The translations under genes were made by a program, and so were the position numbers. A DNA stretch of 64,000 bases from an uncultured Gammaproteobacteria bacterium. Lineage in GTDB: Bacteria; Patescibacteriota; Patescibacteriia; Magasanikbacterales; GWA2-37-8. Where the stretch lies: positions 678,509 to 742,508 of the forward strand of contig CAZQUL010000001.1 in NCBI GenBank assembly GCA_964596525.1, written 5' to 3'. Positions 44,830 through 54,773 of this stretch are shown one piece after another; the stretch's first letter is position 1, and each line of letters begins with the position of its first letter. The notes under the pieces were generated by a model, which was not told the origin of the DNA, ran no database searches, and saw nothing but the letters and a program-made list of their open reading frames with translations.

Positions 44830-45849
44830 ATGGTAGTACGTCGTTTTTGGTTTTTTATTCTTGGTTTGGCGGCGTTTGTCGGGTGTGTTGTCGCTGCTTT
44901 TTGCTGGTCGGCACGCCCGGCGAGCGTTCCTCTGTATGGTTTTACCTTCAGTCCGGGATATGCTGCCTGGCTGGGTTATGATTCTGTCGTTTTATTTGAG
45001 CGCATCCTAAATGACATGCCGTTTACGTTGGTGCGCATTCCCGTACCGTGGAGCGAGGTGGAGAAAGTACGCGGATCTTTTTCGTTCGAGCAGTATGATG
45101 CCCTTTTGGCAATCGCCGAGCAGTATAACGTCCGTGTACTTCTCGCGCTCGGACAAAAAGTACCGCGCTGGCCTGAGTGCCATATTCCCGCATGGGCAGA
45201 AGATGTAGCGATGGAGGACTATCGTAGAGCTGTTATGAATTACATCGAAACCGCGGTGCGGCATTTTAAAACTGCATCGTCCGTCGAAGCGTGGCAAATC
45301 GAAAACGAAGCATACGTGCCGTTTGGCGCGTGCGACAGCTTGGTAACTAACATCATTCCTGAAGAAATCGAACGCGTGCGCACGCTCGACGGCCGCCCAA
45401 TAGTCGTGGCTGATAGCGGCGAGTTGTCGCTCTGGCACAGATCTTCGCGGCTCTCGGGCGATTATTTCGGCACGACGCTCTACCGCAGTGTTTGGAATCG
45501 CTATCTTGGGTACTTCACCTATTGGTTTATTCCACCTTTTGCATATCGTGCGCGTGCCCAATGGAATGGCATAGATGCCACTCGTCTCTGGCTCGTCGAA
45601 TTTCAGGCCGAACCCTGGCTTTCCGCCGGTGATCTGCACTCTGCAACGCTCGAGGAACAGCTTAGGACTATGAATCCAAGCATTCTTGCCAACAATCTTG
45701 CGTTTGCACACCGGGTCGGATTTTCGCGTATCTATGCCTGGGGTGTGGAGTGGTGGTACTATCTTGCAGACAACAAAGGTGACCATAGTATGATCGAAAC
45801 AGGGCAGCACCTCTTTTCTTCTCCAGTGATTCCCCAGGTAGGGGATTGA
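44830..45849 (+). CDS. Membrane-anchored protein, possibly a clan GH-A (TIM-barrel) glycoside hydrolase.
   Basis: N-terminal TM helix. WQIENEAY (NE acid/base-like) and LVEFQAEPW (candidate nucleophile Glu) are spaced as in GH5-like enzymes. Weak. Confidence 0.4.
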   Translation: MVVRRFWFFILGLAAFVGCVVAAFCWSARPASVPLYGFTFSPGYAAWLGYDSVVLFERILNDMPFTLVRIPVPWSEVEKVRGSFSFEQYDALLAIAEQYNVRVLLALGQKVPRWPECHIPAWAEDVAMEDYRRAVMNYIETAVRHFKTASSVEAWQIENEAYVPFGACDSLVTNIIPEEIERVRTLDGRPIVVADSGELSLWHRSSRLSGDYFGTTLYRSVWNRYLGYFTYWFIPPFAYRARAQWNGIDATRLWLVEFQAEPWLSAGDLHSATLEEQLRTMNPSILANNLAFAHRVGFSRIYAWGVEWWYYLADNKGDHSMIETGQHLFSSPVIPQVGD

Positions 45850-45885
45850 CGTGGTGCGCAAGGTTGAGTAGTATGTGAACACTAT

Positions 45886-45959
45886 GGACGCCTAGCTCAG
45901 TTGGTTAGAGCATCTCGTTTACACCGAGAGGGTCAGGGGTTCGAATCCCTTGGCGTCCA
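45886..45959 (+). tRNA. tRNA-Val (anticodon TAC). CCA is not encoded.
   Basis: Cloverleaf read manually: acceptor stem GGACGCC/GGCGTCC, D-arm GCTC-AGTTGGTTA-GAGC, anticodon stem TCTCG/CGAGA with loop TTTACAC, T-arm AGGGG-TTCGAAT-CCCTT, discriminator A. Confidence 0.85.
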
Positions 45960-45996
45960 CACCGTATAATCAAAGCCGGTTTTTTATTTGCGCCGG

Positions 45997-47772
45997 TTAG
46001 ACAGCTGCTGTGGAAGGCGGCTTTTGTTCTAGTTGGCTGATCTCGGTAAACCGGCCTTGTTTATCAACGAAGAACCCCATGTCTCCGCCGGAAATGTATG
46101 ATTCTGCTTCAAGCTCGAACATGAGTTTCCCTGTAAGACCACCGGCGTCCTGGATCCGTTTAAGCCATGTTTTTTCCGTTAGGGCACGGCTTCCACTCTT
46201 AGGTAAATTTTCATCGGCAAAGGTGAGGGTCGGACTGTCCTCGCCGCTTGATGTAATGATGGTGGGAAGTCCGATATCAGCACTATCGATACCGATTATT
46301 TTTTCAAGTCCCATGCGCGAATACTGACCCTTGATCGCGGATGCGATCTGGCGGCTCAGATTATGACTCTTGCAGCCGTCAATGAATACAGTCATTTGTT
46401 TTAGACTGTCTTTACCGGCCGTCACTCCCTTTTCTTGAACCTCTTTTAAAAGACGATTAACAAAAGCTAGCGCTATCCCATCGTATTTGAGCGTTGTCGG
46501 GTGTCGGATGTCGTGCGCGTCAATAACGAGTTCTTGCGGTCCGGCATGAGTGGCGATATGTATGTAGGTAGATCCACTGCTCCCTTCGATGCTTTTAAGA
46601 AGCAGATCGCCAGCATTCGTTTTGGTCTTGTCTTTGACGCGACTTGTTTCAATAAACGTAATCCGAGGATCTTTGGCATTTTCTTCTACGCCCATTGCGA
46701 CTTTAGTCATCTTCACTATTTCCTTGCCCTTGAACGTTTCCGCTGCCCCTTTTTCTGCGCCGTAGCTGAAGACGATTACGTGCTTGGTGTCTGGGCCGAG
46801 GATCTTTTTTTTACTCAGCTCCTGCCGTTCTTTAATGAGCTCGCCCAGTTTCTTTTCGGCTTCGGCAGACGTGATGTCGAGGGTCGTGCCGATGGTTGCT
46901 TTAAGCAAAGAAAATGCCCCGGCAACGGATACGTCGGCCGAAGAAAGCTTTTCGCGGATACTTGCTTTATTGAGAAGGCGATTGAATACTTTTTGCCGTT
47001 CGGGGTTGGCCCAGCCGCTCCTTGTCTGAAGATATTTTTCTCTCAATTCCTGAACCTCTCTCGGAAGCTGCACTGCTCGCTCAGGACTTAAATCCGCCAA
47101 TTGGCGCACAGACATGTCGGTTTTATTTCCCAGCCCGACTTTAAAATTTTCTTCAAGTATTGCCCGGGCATCTTCTTCATCTTCGGGCGACCATACTGAT
47201 TCGCTTTTAAGCTGCCGTAATTCTGCTTGGACGATATTTCTGCGGATTCCTTTGGGGGCGTTTTCGAGTTCTTCTTCTAACAATCCTACCTGTTTGATGC
47301 GTGGCTCGATATCTTCAGGTGCTGCGGAAAGAGGGAGGGCATCCTGTGCTTTCAGGCTCAAGCGACGGACCGGATCAGTCTCGTTCCAGCGACGATCGCG
47401 GCTTTCGTCTGCTTTGTTCGTTTCTTTCCCCAGCTGTGAACTACTTTCTTGCCGAGCCGTATCTGTTTTTTGTATGTATGCCGCGCCGCTACCGACGGCA
47501 CTTAAAAGACCGATACCGGCTAATAAGTTGCGAGCTGAATTAAAAAGTCCTTTTTTTGGAGGTCGATTTTTGGAGCGCTGCTCGACGGCGATGAATTTTT
47601 CGCTTGGTGTATCCTCGATCATTTCGAGAACTTTTTCGTCAGCTGGAAACGTGTCTGAGCGCGATAATTCATCCATGATGTCGGTAGCCGAAGTGCCAGA
47701 TTGTTCATACTGGACACGGATTTTTTCTCCGTTTTGCTTAGAACTTTCCCCACCTTTTTTTTCTTGAGACAT
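45997..47772 (-). CDS. Membrane-anchored protein with a coiled-coil region and a C-terminal caspase/CHAT-like His..Cys protease-like domain.
   Basis: One TM helix (LLAGIGLLSAVGSGAAYI) after a basic segment. A caspase-fold-like strand order KHVIVFSYGAEKG ... YIHIATHAG (His-Gly) ... MTVFIDGCKSH (Cys), as in CHAT/peptidase C14 catalytic dyads. Confidence 0.45.
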   Translation of the reverse strand: MSQEKKGGESSKQNGEKIRVQYEQSGTSATDIMDELSRSDTFPADEKVLEMIEDTPSEKFIAVEQRSKNRPPKKGLFNSARNLLAGIGLLSAVGSGAAYIQKTDTARQESSSQLGKETNKADESRDRRWNETDPVRRLSLKAQDALPLSAAPEDIEPRIKQVGLLEEELENAPKGIRRNIVQAELRQLKSESVWSPEDEEDARAILEENFKVGLGNKTDMSVRQLADLSPERAVQLPREVQELREKYLQTRSGWANPERQKVFNRLLNKASIREKLSSADVSVAGAFSLLKATIGTTLDITSAEAEKKLGELIKERQELSKKKILGPDTKHVIVFSYGAEKGAAETFKGKEIVKMTKVAMGVEENAKDPRITFIETSRVKDKTKTNAGDLLLKSIEGSSGSTYIHIATHAGPQELVIDAHDIRHPTTLKYDGIALAFVNRLLKEVQEKGVTAGKDSLKQMTVFIDGCKSHNLSRQIASAIKGQYSRMGLEKIIGIDSADIGLPTIITSSGEDSPTLTFADENLPKSGSRALTEKTWLKRIQDAGGLTGKLMFELEAESYISGGDMGFFVDKQGRFTEISQLEQKPPSTAAV

Positions 47773-47837
47773 ATTTTTTTAAGGTTGAAAAACTATTCTA
47801 CTACTATAACATATTGAGGCGAGGATAGACGTTTGGG

Positions 47838-49043
47838 TTGGTCAATATGGCAATCAAGCTGTTTTGTATGCAGTGTGTTACAATGAGTAAAGGAATATTT
47901 CATCATCAATTTTTTCGTATGAACATGCGGCGCTCGCAAATTGATATGCGCAATCCGATTTTTGAGGAACCAGCGCGGGTAAAGATTGAAAAAACGCCGG
48001 CGAGGGAAAAAAAGGAGTCATTTCCGACTACATTTGGAGCAGCGACTGAGAAGTCTGAAGAACATAAGGATAATGAAGATGCCTATACCGTTTCCACAGA
48101 TGAAATTGGTATTTATGACGGGATGGGTAATAGTTTGCGAGCTAAAGAAGCGGCTCAAACGGTCAAGAAATTTTTTGAAGAACAGTTACGTATTTTGCCT
48201 CCTCAGCCGTCCGCTGAGGCGTTGGCTGAAAAAATGGCGGCAATCACCCGCGAGGCGAGTAAAAATCTTTATGACGCTTCTTTTGATCGAAGCGGGGTAA
48301 AACAAGGGCTTGACGAACTTGGTTCAACGGTCTCTTTCATGAAAGTATGGACCGGTAAAAATCAAGAGAAAAAAGCAGTTATCGTCCATGTCGGTGACAG
48401 TCGCATCTATCGTTTGCGTGAGGGAAAAATATCCCAGCTCACCGAAGATGAATCTGTTTCCAATTGGACCATCGAGCATTCCGGTGTAAGTCCGGAAGGA
48501 CAGCGGCGAGTAAAAGAAGCTCTTGATACTTTTGAAAACGATAAAGATGTTCATCTTGTTGAAGATGAGAAAATCCTTTTTGATTTGGCGTTTAAAAAAC
48601 GCAATAGTATTCGCCAGGCTTTGGGTAAAGAATCCGTCGAGCCACGCACCTATATTTATTCTATCCAGCCGGGCGATGAATATTTCGCCATGTCTGACGG
48701 CATTAGCGATCCGCTCACGAATAAACGCATCGAACGCTCGCTTGCAGGCGACCCTGAGCGTACCATGGAACAGAAAGCGCGGGATTTGATAATGGAAGTC
48801 CATAAAGCCAACGCTGAAGGCATTAAGCGCAAGAAATTTGATGATAAAACCGTTGTCGGCATTGGATTTAGCGAAGAGCTGCCCGACTTATCGGCCGATT
48901 TGATGGAAATGGTTGATGACGAAGGCGAGTTTATCGATCCTGACGATTTGTTTGTGGTTAAGGAAGTTGTAAAAAAACCAGCTCGACCACCTCGCAAACC
49001 CACCGCTCCGCCGCCGTTGCCGCGTATGAAAAAAGCGGCCTAA
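47838..49043 (+). CDS. PP2C-family (PPM) Ser/Thr protein phosphatase with a Pro-rich C-terminal tail.
   Basis: PPM motifs YDGMGNS, HVGDSRIYRL and FAMSDGISD, and a C-terminal DDKTVVGI. The exact start is uncertain. Confidence 0.7.
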   Translation: MVNMAIKLFCMQCVTMSKGIFHHQFFRMNMRRSQIDMRNPIFEEPARVKIEKTPAREKKESFPTTFGAATEKSEEHKDNEDAYTVSTDEIGIYDGMGNSLRAKEAAQTVKKFFEEQLRILPPQPSAEALAEKMAAITREASKNLYDASFDRSGVKQGLDELGSTVSFMKVWTGKNQEKKAVIVHVGDSRIYRLREGKISQLTEDESVSNWTIEHSGVSPEGQRRVKEALDTFENDKDVHLVEDEKILFDLAFKKRNSIRQALGKESVEPRTYIYSIQPGDEYFAMSDGISDPLTNKRIERSLAGDPERTMEQKARDLIMEVHKANAEGIKRKKFDDKTVVGIGFSEELPDLSADLMEMVDDEGEFIDPDDLFVVKEVVKKPARPPRKPTAPPPLPRMKKAA

Positions 49044-49057
49044 CTTCTTGATGCTCG

Positions 49058-50188
49058 ATGAAAAAAGGTTCTCTTGCTTCGGCGTTATTTATTATTACCG
49101 GCGTCACGATCGGCGCCGGTATTTTCGGTTTGCCGCGGATGGTGGCGGTATTTGGCATTGTGCCGAGTCTTGTGGTGCTGGCTATCTTGGGGGCGGTAAT
49201 GATGTTTTTTAATACGCTTGTAGCCGAGCTTGTCAGTGCCACGCGCACGCCGCTCCAGTTGCCAGGATTGGCCGGGCGCTATGCTGGTTCGCTTTTTAAG
49301 GATATTTTGGCGCTCACTCAGGTGGGGAGTTTGTACGGGTCGCTCGTCGCCTATATTGTTGGTGCCGGTGATACTATTCAGGGTCTTGTGCCGCAGGTGC
49401 CGGTTGCGTGGATCAAATTGGTCTTTGGATGTGTTCTCGCTCTACCTGTTTGGGCAGGACTCAAGTGCGTAGTTGTCGTTGAGCGAAAAATCGGGCGTGT
49501 GCTGATCGGTTCGCTCATCGTGTGTGCCCTTATTGTCGCTACGCGAATATCACCGGATGCTCTCGTAGAGCGGCCGCCAGCGTGGGGGAGTTTGGTACAA
49601 ACGATCGCTGTGATGGTATTCGCGCTCCATGGCGCGCCTGGTATTCCGGTCGCTGAAAAGCCTGCGGGTGACCGGCGGCGGCTCAAAAAAGCGGTTATGC
49701 TCGGCACCTTGATTCCTGTTGGTGTATATGCAATTTTTTCCGCCGCCTTTGCAGGCGCGCTCGGGACGGCCACCCCAGATATTGCAACTGCCGGACTCTA
49801 CGCCCTATTTGGTGAGCCGTGGGGAACGCTCGGCCGCATTATTACCGTCTTGGCGTTCACAGGAGCGTTCGTCGGTATTGCAACGGCTCTTAAAGACCTG
49901 TGGCAATGGGATTTTGGCGTGCCAAGCCGCTATGCGTCTTCCCTCGTTCTCGTACCGCCGCTTATTGTAGCGGTAAGTGGTCGGTTACATTTTTTGGATA
50001 TTCTTGCGGCAGTGGGTGGTATCATTATTGCTTGCGAGATGATCGTTATTATTGGTACATATTGGTGTGCGGTGTATAAAAAGGCGCTGCGTTTGCATCC
50101 GCGTGCTCTGGCTGTGAGGGTCGTTGGTTCGTGTGCGGTGGTTGCTCTCGCGCTTGCAGTAGGGGTGGCGACGGTTTTAATCCTCTGA
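49058..50188 (+). CDS. Amino acid permease, possibly of the aromatic/hydroxy amino acid (HAAAP, Trp/Tyr permease) type.
   Basis: The N-terminal SALFIITGVTIGAGIFGLPRM resembles the HAAAP N-terminal motif. About 11 TM helices, 376 aa. Confidence 0.55.
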   Translation: MKKGSLASALFIITGVTIGAGIFGLPRMVAVFGIVPSLVVLAILGAVMMFFNTLVAELVSATRTPLQLPGLAGRYAGSLFKDILALTQVGSLYGSLVAYIVGAGDTIQGLVPQVPVAWIKLVFGCVLALPVWAGLKCVVVVERKIGRVLIGSLIVCALIVATRISPDALVERPPAWGSLVQTIAVMVFALHGAPGIPVAEKPAGDRRRLKKAVMLGTLIPVGVYAIFSAAFAGALGTATPDIATAGLYALFGEPWGTLGRIITVLAFTGAFVGIATALKDLWQWDFGVPSRYASSLVLVPPLIVAVSGRLHFLDILAAVGGIIIACEMIVIIGTYWCAVYKKALRLHPRALAVRVVGSCAVVALALAVGVATVLIL

Positions 50189-50277
50189 TTCACTTGACGT
50201 ACTGAACTCGCAGGGTAAGATACCAAACTCGCTCTGTATCGTGTCTACCTTGCACGCTTAACCTAAAGGGGGATGTC

Positions 50278-50829
50278 ATGAAAATCATCATCGGCTTCGG
50301 ATACAGCGATGAAAAGTATGAACACCTGCCCGGTTCCTGGGGCGTGCACGTTGTCCGCCGCGCGGCCGAGCTGGAAGAGGCGGAATTTGAGACCGTCGAA
50401 CACTATCATGCTCGCATTGCCACGTTTCCTGGTGGAATGTTCTGTATGCCGTTGCCCGGAGTTGAGCCACGGATAGCCGCGCTTAGCGTTCTTGAGAGAG
50501 AGCAGCCCAGCATTGAGCGGATGTCTCGGGAAGTGCTGGTTATTTTTCAAAGCACCGAGTATCCGACTGGCGTGGTGAATCTTGCTACAAAAATCCAGCC
50601 TTTTACTACAGTGCCTAACCCGGACGTAAAAAGTTTGGCCGAACAGGTCTGTCGTGGTTGCTCAAAACCGGGCCTTTTTGCTCGGCTGAGTATCAGCTTT
50701 GGTCAATCTTCGCCGTTTCTTCCGGTTCGTATCGGTTCGCGTTCGGTGTACGAGCGGACCTTTATGGATTCTGTACAGCGCGGAACTGTCTTGACTCGTT
50801 ACTGGTTGGCTGGTAAGGCCGGTGTATAG
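50278..50829 (+). CDS. Hypothetical protein.
   Basis: 183-aa ORF, GC-rich, with no motif recognised. A strong terminator follows. Confidence 0.4.
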   Translation: MKIIIGFGYSDEKYEHLPGSWGVHVVRRAAELEEAEFETVEHYHARIATFPGGMFCMPLPGVEPRIAALSVLEREQPSIERMSREVLVIFQSTEYPTGVVNLATKIQPFTTVPNPDVKSLAEQVCRGCSKPGLFARLSISFGQSSPFLPVRIGSRSVYERTFMDSVQRGTVLTRYWLAGKAGV

Positions 50830-50860
50830 CGTTCATAACGAACTATGCAGCAAAGGGGGA

Positions 50861-50888
50861 ACACGGACCTCCCTCCGTGTTTTTTTAA
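50861..50888 (+). terminator. Rho-independent terminator.
   Basis: ACACGGA-CCTCCC-TCCGTGT followed by TTTTTTT. Confidence 0.75.
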
Positions 50889-50957
50889 GACTTTCATGGG
50901 GTGAAACTTGACTAAACTCCGTTTTTTTGCTAAAAAAGACTATTATTTTCTTATTAT

Positions 50958-52952
50958 ATGCGCCGCCCACATTTTACCCTGATTTTAGCAGCTGTAGTGC
51001 TTGCGGCAGCGGCCCTTCCGGCCCTGGCTCAAGCCAAAACCACCGCTAACTTGCTTTCCCAGCCAGACTGGTTTCGTTATGGTGTTAATCCGTGGGATAA
51101 AGACACGGATAATGACGGTTGGACTGATGATTGGGAAGTAAAAAGCGGTTATTGCCCAACCTTTCCTGGTGCTCTCAAAATCACTGACCAGAACTGCAAA
51201 AAAGGCACCTTTGATCTCAAAACCGGCCGTTACACACCGCCAGCCAATACCACGTTTTACCCAGCGCGCGATATACGCGCTATCGGTACCTGCAATGCGC
51301 TTTCTCAGGTTCTTGCCCAAAAATCCGCCGTTGAACCGCTCGGGACAACCGAAAAGACCGCAATTTCGGGTGATGAGGGGGTAGTTTTAACGCGTAACGA
51401 TTCTCGTTATCTGTATACCATCCAGTCGCGCGCCTTGCGGATCGTTGAGCTGAGCCCCACGTCGAGCAAGCCCCTTCTCTCAAGTACTCTGCTTGCCGAT
51501 ACTTTCCGCCCGGAACGCCTCTATGTGTATGGGGATACGGCCCTTGTTATGGGTCCGGCTTACAATACCCGCACCTACGAAGAAAGCGCGACTCATCTTG
51601 AGTGGTGGGATCTGCGTAATCGCCGCGCCCCGCGCCTCTTGCGCGTAATGCAGGTTGAAGGTGCGTTGCTCGCCACACAGCTTTATGACGGCTCTGTCTA
51701 TGCGGCCTTAAGTTTGCAAGAAGATGCTACTGCGCCGCGTTTTTCGGCGACTGCTGTGCTTAAAGGTTTATGGTTCTATCGCGATTTGAGCGGTCGGGTA
51801 ATGTCCGACATGGCCGCTAAACCGTGGCAGATTTTGAGCCGTTGCAATGATGCCGAAGTTATCGCGCCGTTGCGCGGGCAGGGTATTATCGAGCTGGCTG
51901 CTTTCTCGCTGCGCTATCCGCTCTCCAAACCGTTCCAAACCACGCTGATTGGCGTTGCTAAAACCGATGAATTGCATGTCGGCGTTGCTGGTACATGGTA
52001 TCTTTTGTCGCCCGACTTCAGCTATTCGTGGCTTGCCGCCAATGCTTCCGAGCGCACCGAAATCTACCGTCTGACTCTCGGTAAAAACACTATCCAGTTC
52101 TCGGGAGCGCAGACCGTGCCAGGCACGTTCGTTTCGGGTGGTTTGGGGTACACAGGTGGCATACTCCGTCTTGCAACTACCATCCAAAAATCGCCGCTCG
52201 TCGGCCAGGAGAACAACTTCATCAATAATCTCTATTTCTTGGATGCCGATCTCGATCGTATTGCGTGGTATGAAGGATTCTTACCGTGGGAGAAAATCAT
52301 TGACGCTACCTTTATTGGCGAGCGCATCTATGTGCGCACCGACATGCCGGAGCGCGGTCTCTTTGTTATGAATTTCGGTTCTGACCGCATCCCCAAAGAA
52401 ATCGGCCGCCTTAATGCTATCGGCCTTACCTTAGTTAAATCTGCTGGAAAAAATAGCCTCATCGCTTTGGGTGCTCCGTCGCGTCTTACCACCACAACCC
52501 CGGGTTTTGCGTGGCATCAGGGTCTCAAGCTCTCCCTGCTCAATGTTGAAAACAGCGATCGTTTTGCCGAATGGCCCGAGTTTATCGGTGACCGCGGCAC
52601 CGTATCGCCGGTCTTTGATACAGAACGGCGTTTGGTGACCAACGGCACCTATGTGGTCTTACCTGTGTCGCGGGCTGTTTTGCCTGCGGCAGTAAAAGCC
52701 GCCGAACCAACCAGCACTCTTCCTTTTGCTACGCCTTCCGAATCTGAACTCGTGATCTATCGCGCCATCGGCAATCAACTCGTGTATGCCGGCGCCATTT
52801 CGCCCATGAGCTCGTGGGCGACGTATCCCTTCGCCTCCGATCTTGCGGTTGATAGTTTCATCCGGGGCACTACGCTTTACGCGGTTTCCCCTGACGGTGT
52901 TGAGATGTATGATCTCTCGACGCTTGGCTACATCCGCCGTGTTTCCTGGTAA
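50958..52952 (+). CDS. Hypothetical secreted protein with one N-terminal TSP3-type Ca-binding motif, possibly a β-propeller.
   Basis: Signal peptide (MRRPHFTLILAAVVLAAAALPALA) followed by NPWDKDTDNDGWTDDWE. 664 aa. Confidence 0.5.
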   Translation: MRRPHFTLILAAVVLAAAALPALAQAKTTANLLSQPDWFRYGVNPWDKDTDNDGWTDDWEVKSGYCPTFPGALKITDQNCKKGTFDLKTGRYTPPANTTFYPARDIRAIGTCNALSQVLAQKSAVEPLGTTEKTAISGDEGVVLTRNDSRYLYTIQSRALRIVELSPTSSKPLLSSTLLADTFRPERLYVYGDTALVMGPAYNTRTYEESATHLEWWDLRNRRAPRLLRVMQVEGALLATQLYDGSVYAALSLQEDATAPRFSATAVLKGLWFYRDLSGRVMSDMAAKPWQILSRCNDAEVIAPLRGQGIIELAAFSLRYPLSKPFQTTLIGVAKTDELHVGVAGTWYLLSPDFSYSWLAANASERTEIYRLTLGKNTIQFSGAQTVPGTFVSGGLGYTGGILRLATTIQKSPLVGQENNFINNLYFLDADLDRIAWYEGFLPWEKIIDATFIGERIYVRTDMPERGLFVMNFGSDRIPKEIGRLNAIGLTLVKSAGKNSLIALGAPSRLTTTTPGFAWHQGLKLSLLNVENSDRFAEWPEFIGDRGTVSPVFDTERRLVTNGTYVVLPVSRAVLPAAVKAAEPTSTLPFATPSESELVIYRAIGNQLVYAGAISPMSSWATYPFASDLAVDSFIRGTTLYAVSPDGVEMYDLSTLGYIRRVSW

Positions 52953-52958
52953 GCTTTT

Positions 52959-53003
52959 AAAAACACTACGACCTCGGTACAGCCGAGGTCGTAGTGTTTT
53001 TTT
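52959..53003. terminator. Strong bidirectional terminator between convergent genes.
   Basis: A 15-bp perfect stem ACACTACGACCTCGG-TACAG-CCGAGGTCGTAGTGT flanked by AAAAA and TTTTTTT. Confidence 0.8.
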
Positions 53004-53078
53004 GTGATTTTTTTACTTTTATAATCCGTTAGTGGTGCGTTTATCGTTACGTGCGATTCCTCGTTGATGTGGGATTAT

Positions 53079-54761
53079 CTATCGCACTACACGGGCACCA
53101 GCACCCCGCCCTTTATCGTTGGGTGCAAGAACGGTGGTGATCGACGGAAACGTCGAAGAAATAAGGCGGCCGGTCGTTTCGTCAGTTGCGTTGAAGCGTG
53201 CGGAAACGAGCAGGGGGATTGTACCGATCTGTTCTTCGGTCGGCGTTAGCGCAACCTCGAAAAACCAGGTGGTTGTTACGTTTCTTAGGCGTGAACCCTC
53301 CCAGTGAAGTTCGTTCGCCGATGTTGTAGACGTTTTTCCAACCTCTCCTTCATCGACAAAGAATTTACCTGTAAAACGCGTGCCGGGAGCACTGGTGAGT
53401 TCGATGGCGGGGTTACTGATGCGGCCTCGTTCGCCAACTACCTCAAGCACGGCCAGATACCGCGTGGTCTCGCCCACTGTTGGAGGTAAAGGACCGCGCC
53501 CAAGCTGGTCGCCTTCGGGTGAGTAGTAGCGGGTGAGAGCGTTCACCTGTACGGTGGCAGCTACGGGGAGCTTGAGCGGCGCGCCAGCAACGTGGGTTGT
53601 GGCTGCTTCGGGTGTCGTAAGTATTAAGCGGGGGGTGAGAGTTATGTGTTCCGTTGAGGGTAACCCTTTGGTTGAAAATCGCACGGTAACGGTACTGGTA
53701 GCTGTGGCCGATGGTTCAAGAATCGTTGTGGAGAGCGGAAGGACAAGTTCACGAGTTCGGCCACGTGCACTTTCAAACCACGCACCTTCTTCGGTTGTTA
53801 GTTCAAGCGATAATGCTCCAAAGGAAAGGGGGCTTTTATTCGTCCATTGAACATTAAACGCGTACGTTTCGCCGGCTTCGATTGCTAGGGCAGAATTTTT
53901 AGGCTCTATCGTTACTTCTACGGCTGGGGGTTTGATGAAAAAAGATTTTGTTAGATTAACCTGGCGTAGTTTTTTTCCGTTCCGTTCTAGTGTTACTTCA
54001 GCACGCCAATCATGACGTCCGACATCGGCCAGGGCAGTGCCAGTTACAGAAAATGTGTATGGCTTTGCTGTGGGTAGTTCCAGCGTGGGGGAGGGGAGTG
54101 GAATCTGGTTAGTGTCCCGCCAGAGCGCTGTGCTTACAGGAAGTGTGCCCGAGCTATGGTTGAGAAGCGTTAAAGCAAACGGTGTTTTTTCAAAAGGGTA
54201 GTGTTCGGCTGCGGCAATGGCGCGAGCTTCAATAACACTACGTTCAGCACGCAAGAAAAAGGGGGTTGTTTCTTCGTGCATGCGTTCAGAGGGGCCGTAA
54301 AAAAGTGTGGCAAAGATGGTTTCTTCGCTGTCGACGTTAGTCCACAACACGCCGGGAATCAAAAGCGTGCGGGTTTCTTTGGGGCCCAGTTCGACAAAGG
54401 GAATAATAAGACTCCTCTTATCGCTTAAAACTCCATGTGTATCCGACTCAAAAACGATGCCAGTGGTGGCACGCAGGACGAGGTCATTATCCGTGAAGGT
54501 TTTTTCGGTAGCATTAGTGACGGTAACGGATAGTGGTACCCGGCCACCGCTCGTCAGTTGCTCTTGACCGAGTGAAACCGATATCGATATATCTGGTTGG
54601 TACGGACGATTGGCAACGAACATGGTAACAGTAACCACCAAAAGACCAATCATGATAGCGACGAGCGTGGCGTCAAACGCAAAGACGTGCCGGGCAAAAC
54701 GGTAGTGGGGGTGATAGTGGGCGTGGTAAAATCGGGAAACAAGCCTGAGCAGATGACGCAT
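53079..54761 (-). CDS. Membrane-anchored protein with repeated Ig-like (CARDB/DUF11-like) domains.
   Basis: An N-terminal TM helix (FAFDATLVAIMIGLLVVTVTMFVA) is followed by repeats of the form VPLSVTVTNATEKTF and FNVQWTNKSPLSF. 560 aa. Confidence 0.45.
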   Translation of the reverse strand: MRHLLRLVSRFYHAHYHPHYRFARHVFAFDATLVAIMIGLLVVTVTMFVANRPYQPDISISVSLGQEQLTSGGRVPLSVTVTNATEKTFTDNDLVLRATTGIVFESDTHGVLSDKRSLIIPFVELGPKETRTLLIPGVLWTNVDSEETIFATLFYGPSERMHEETTPFFLRAERSVIEARAIAAAEHYPFEKTPFALTLLNHSSGTLPVSTALWRDTNQIPLPSPTLELPTAKPYTFSVTGTALADVGRHDWRAEVTLERNGKKLRQVNLTKSFFIKPPAVEVTIEPKNSALAIEAGETYAFNVQWTNKSPLSFGALSLELTTEEGAWFESARGRTRELVLPLSTTILEPSATATSTVTVRFSTKGLPSTEHITLTPRLILTTPEAATTHVAGAPLKLPVAATVQVNALTRYYSPEGDQLGRGPLPPTVGETTRYLAVLEVVGERGRISNPAIELTSAPGTRFTGKFFVDEGEVGKTSTTSANELHWEGSRLRNVTTTWFFEVALTPTEEQIGTIPLLVSARFNATDETTGRLISSTFPSITTVLAPNDKGRGAGARVVR

Positions 54762-54773
54762 AGAGATGCGTTT

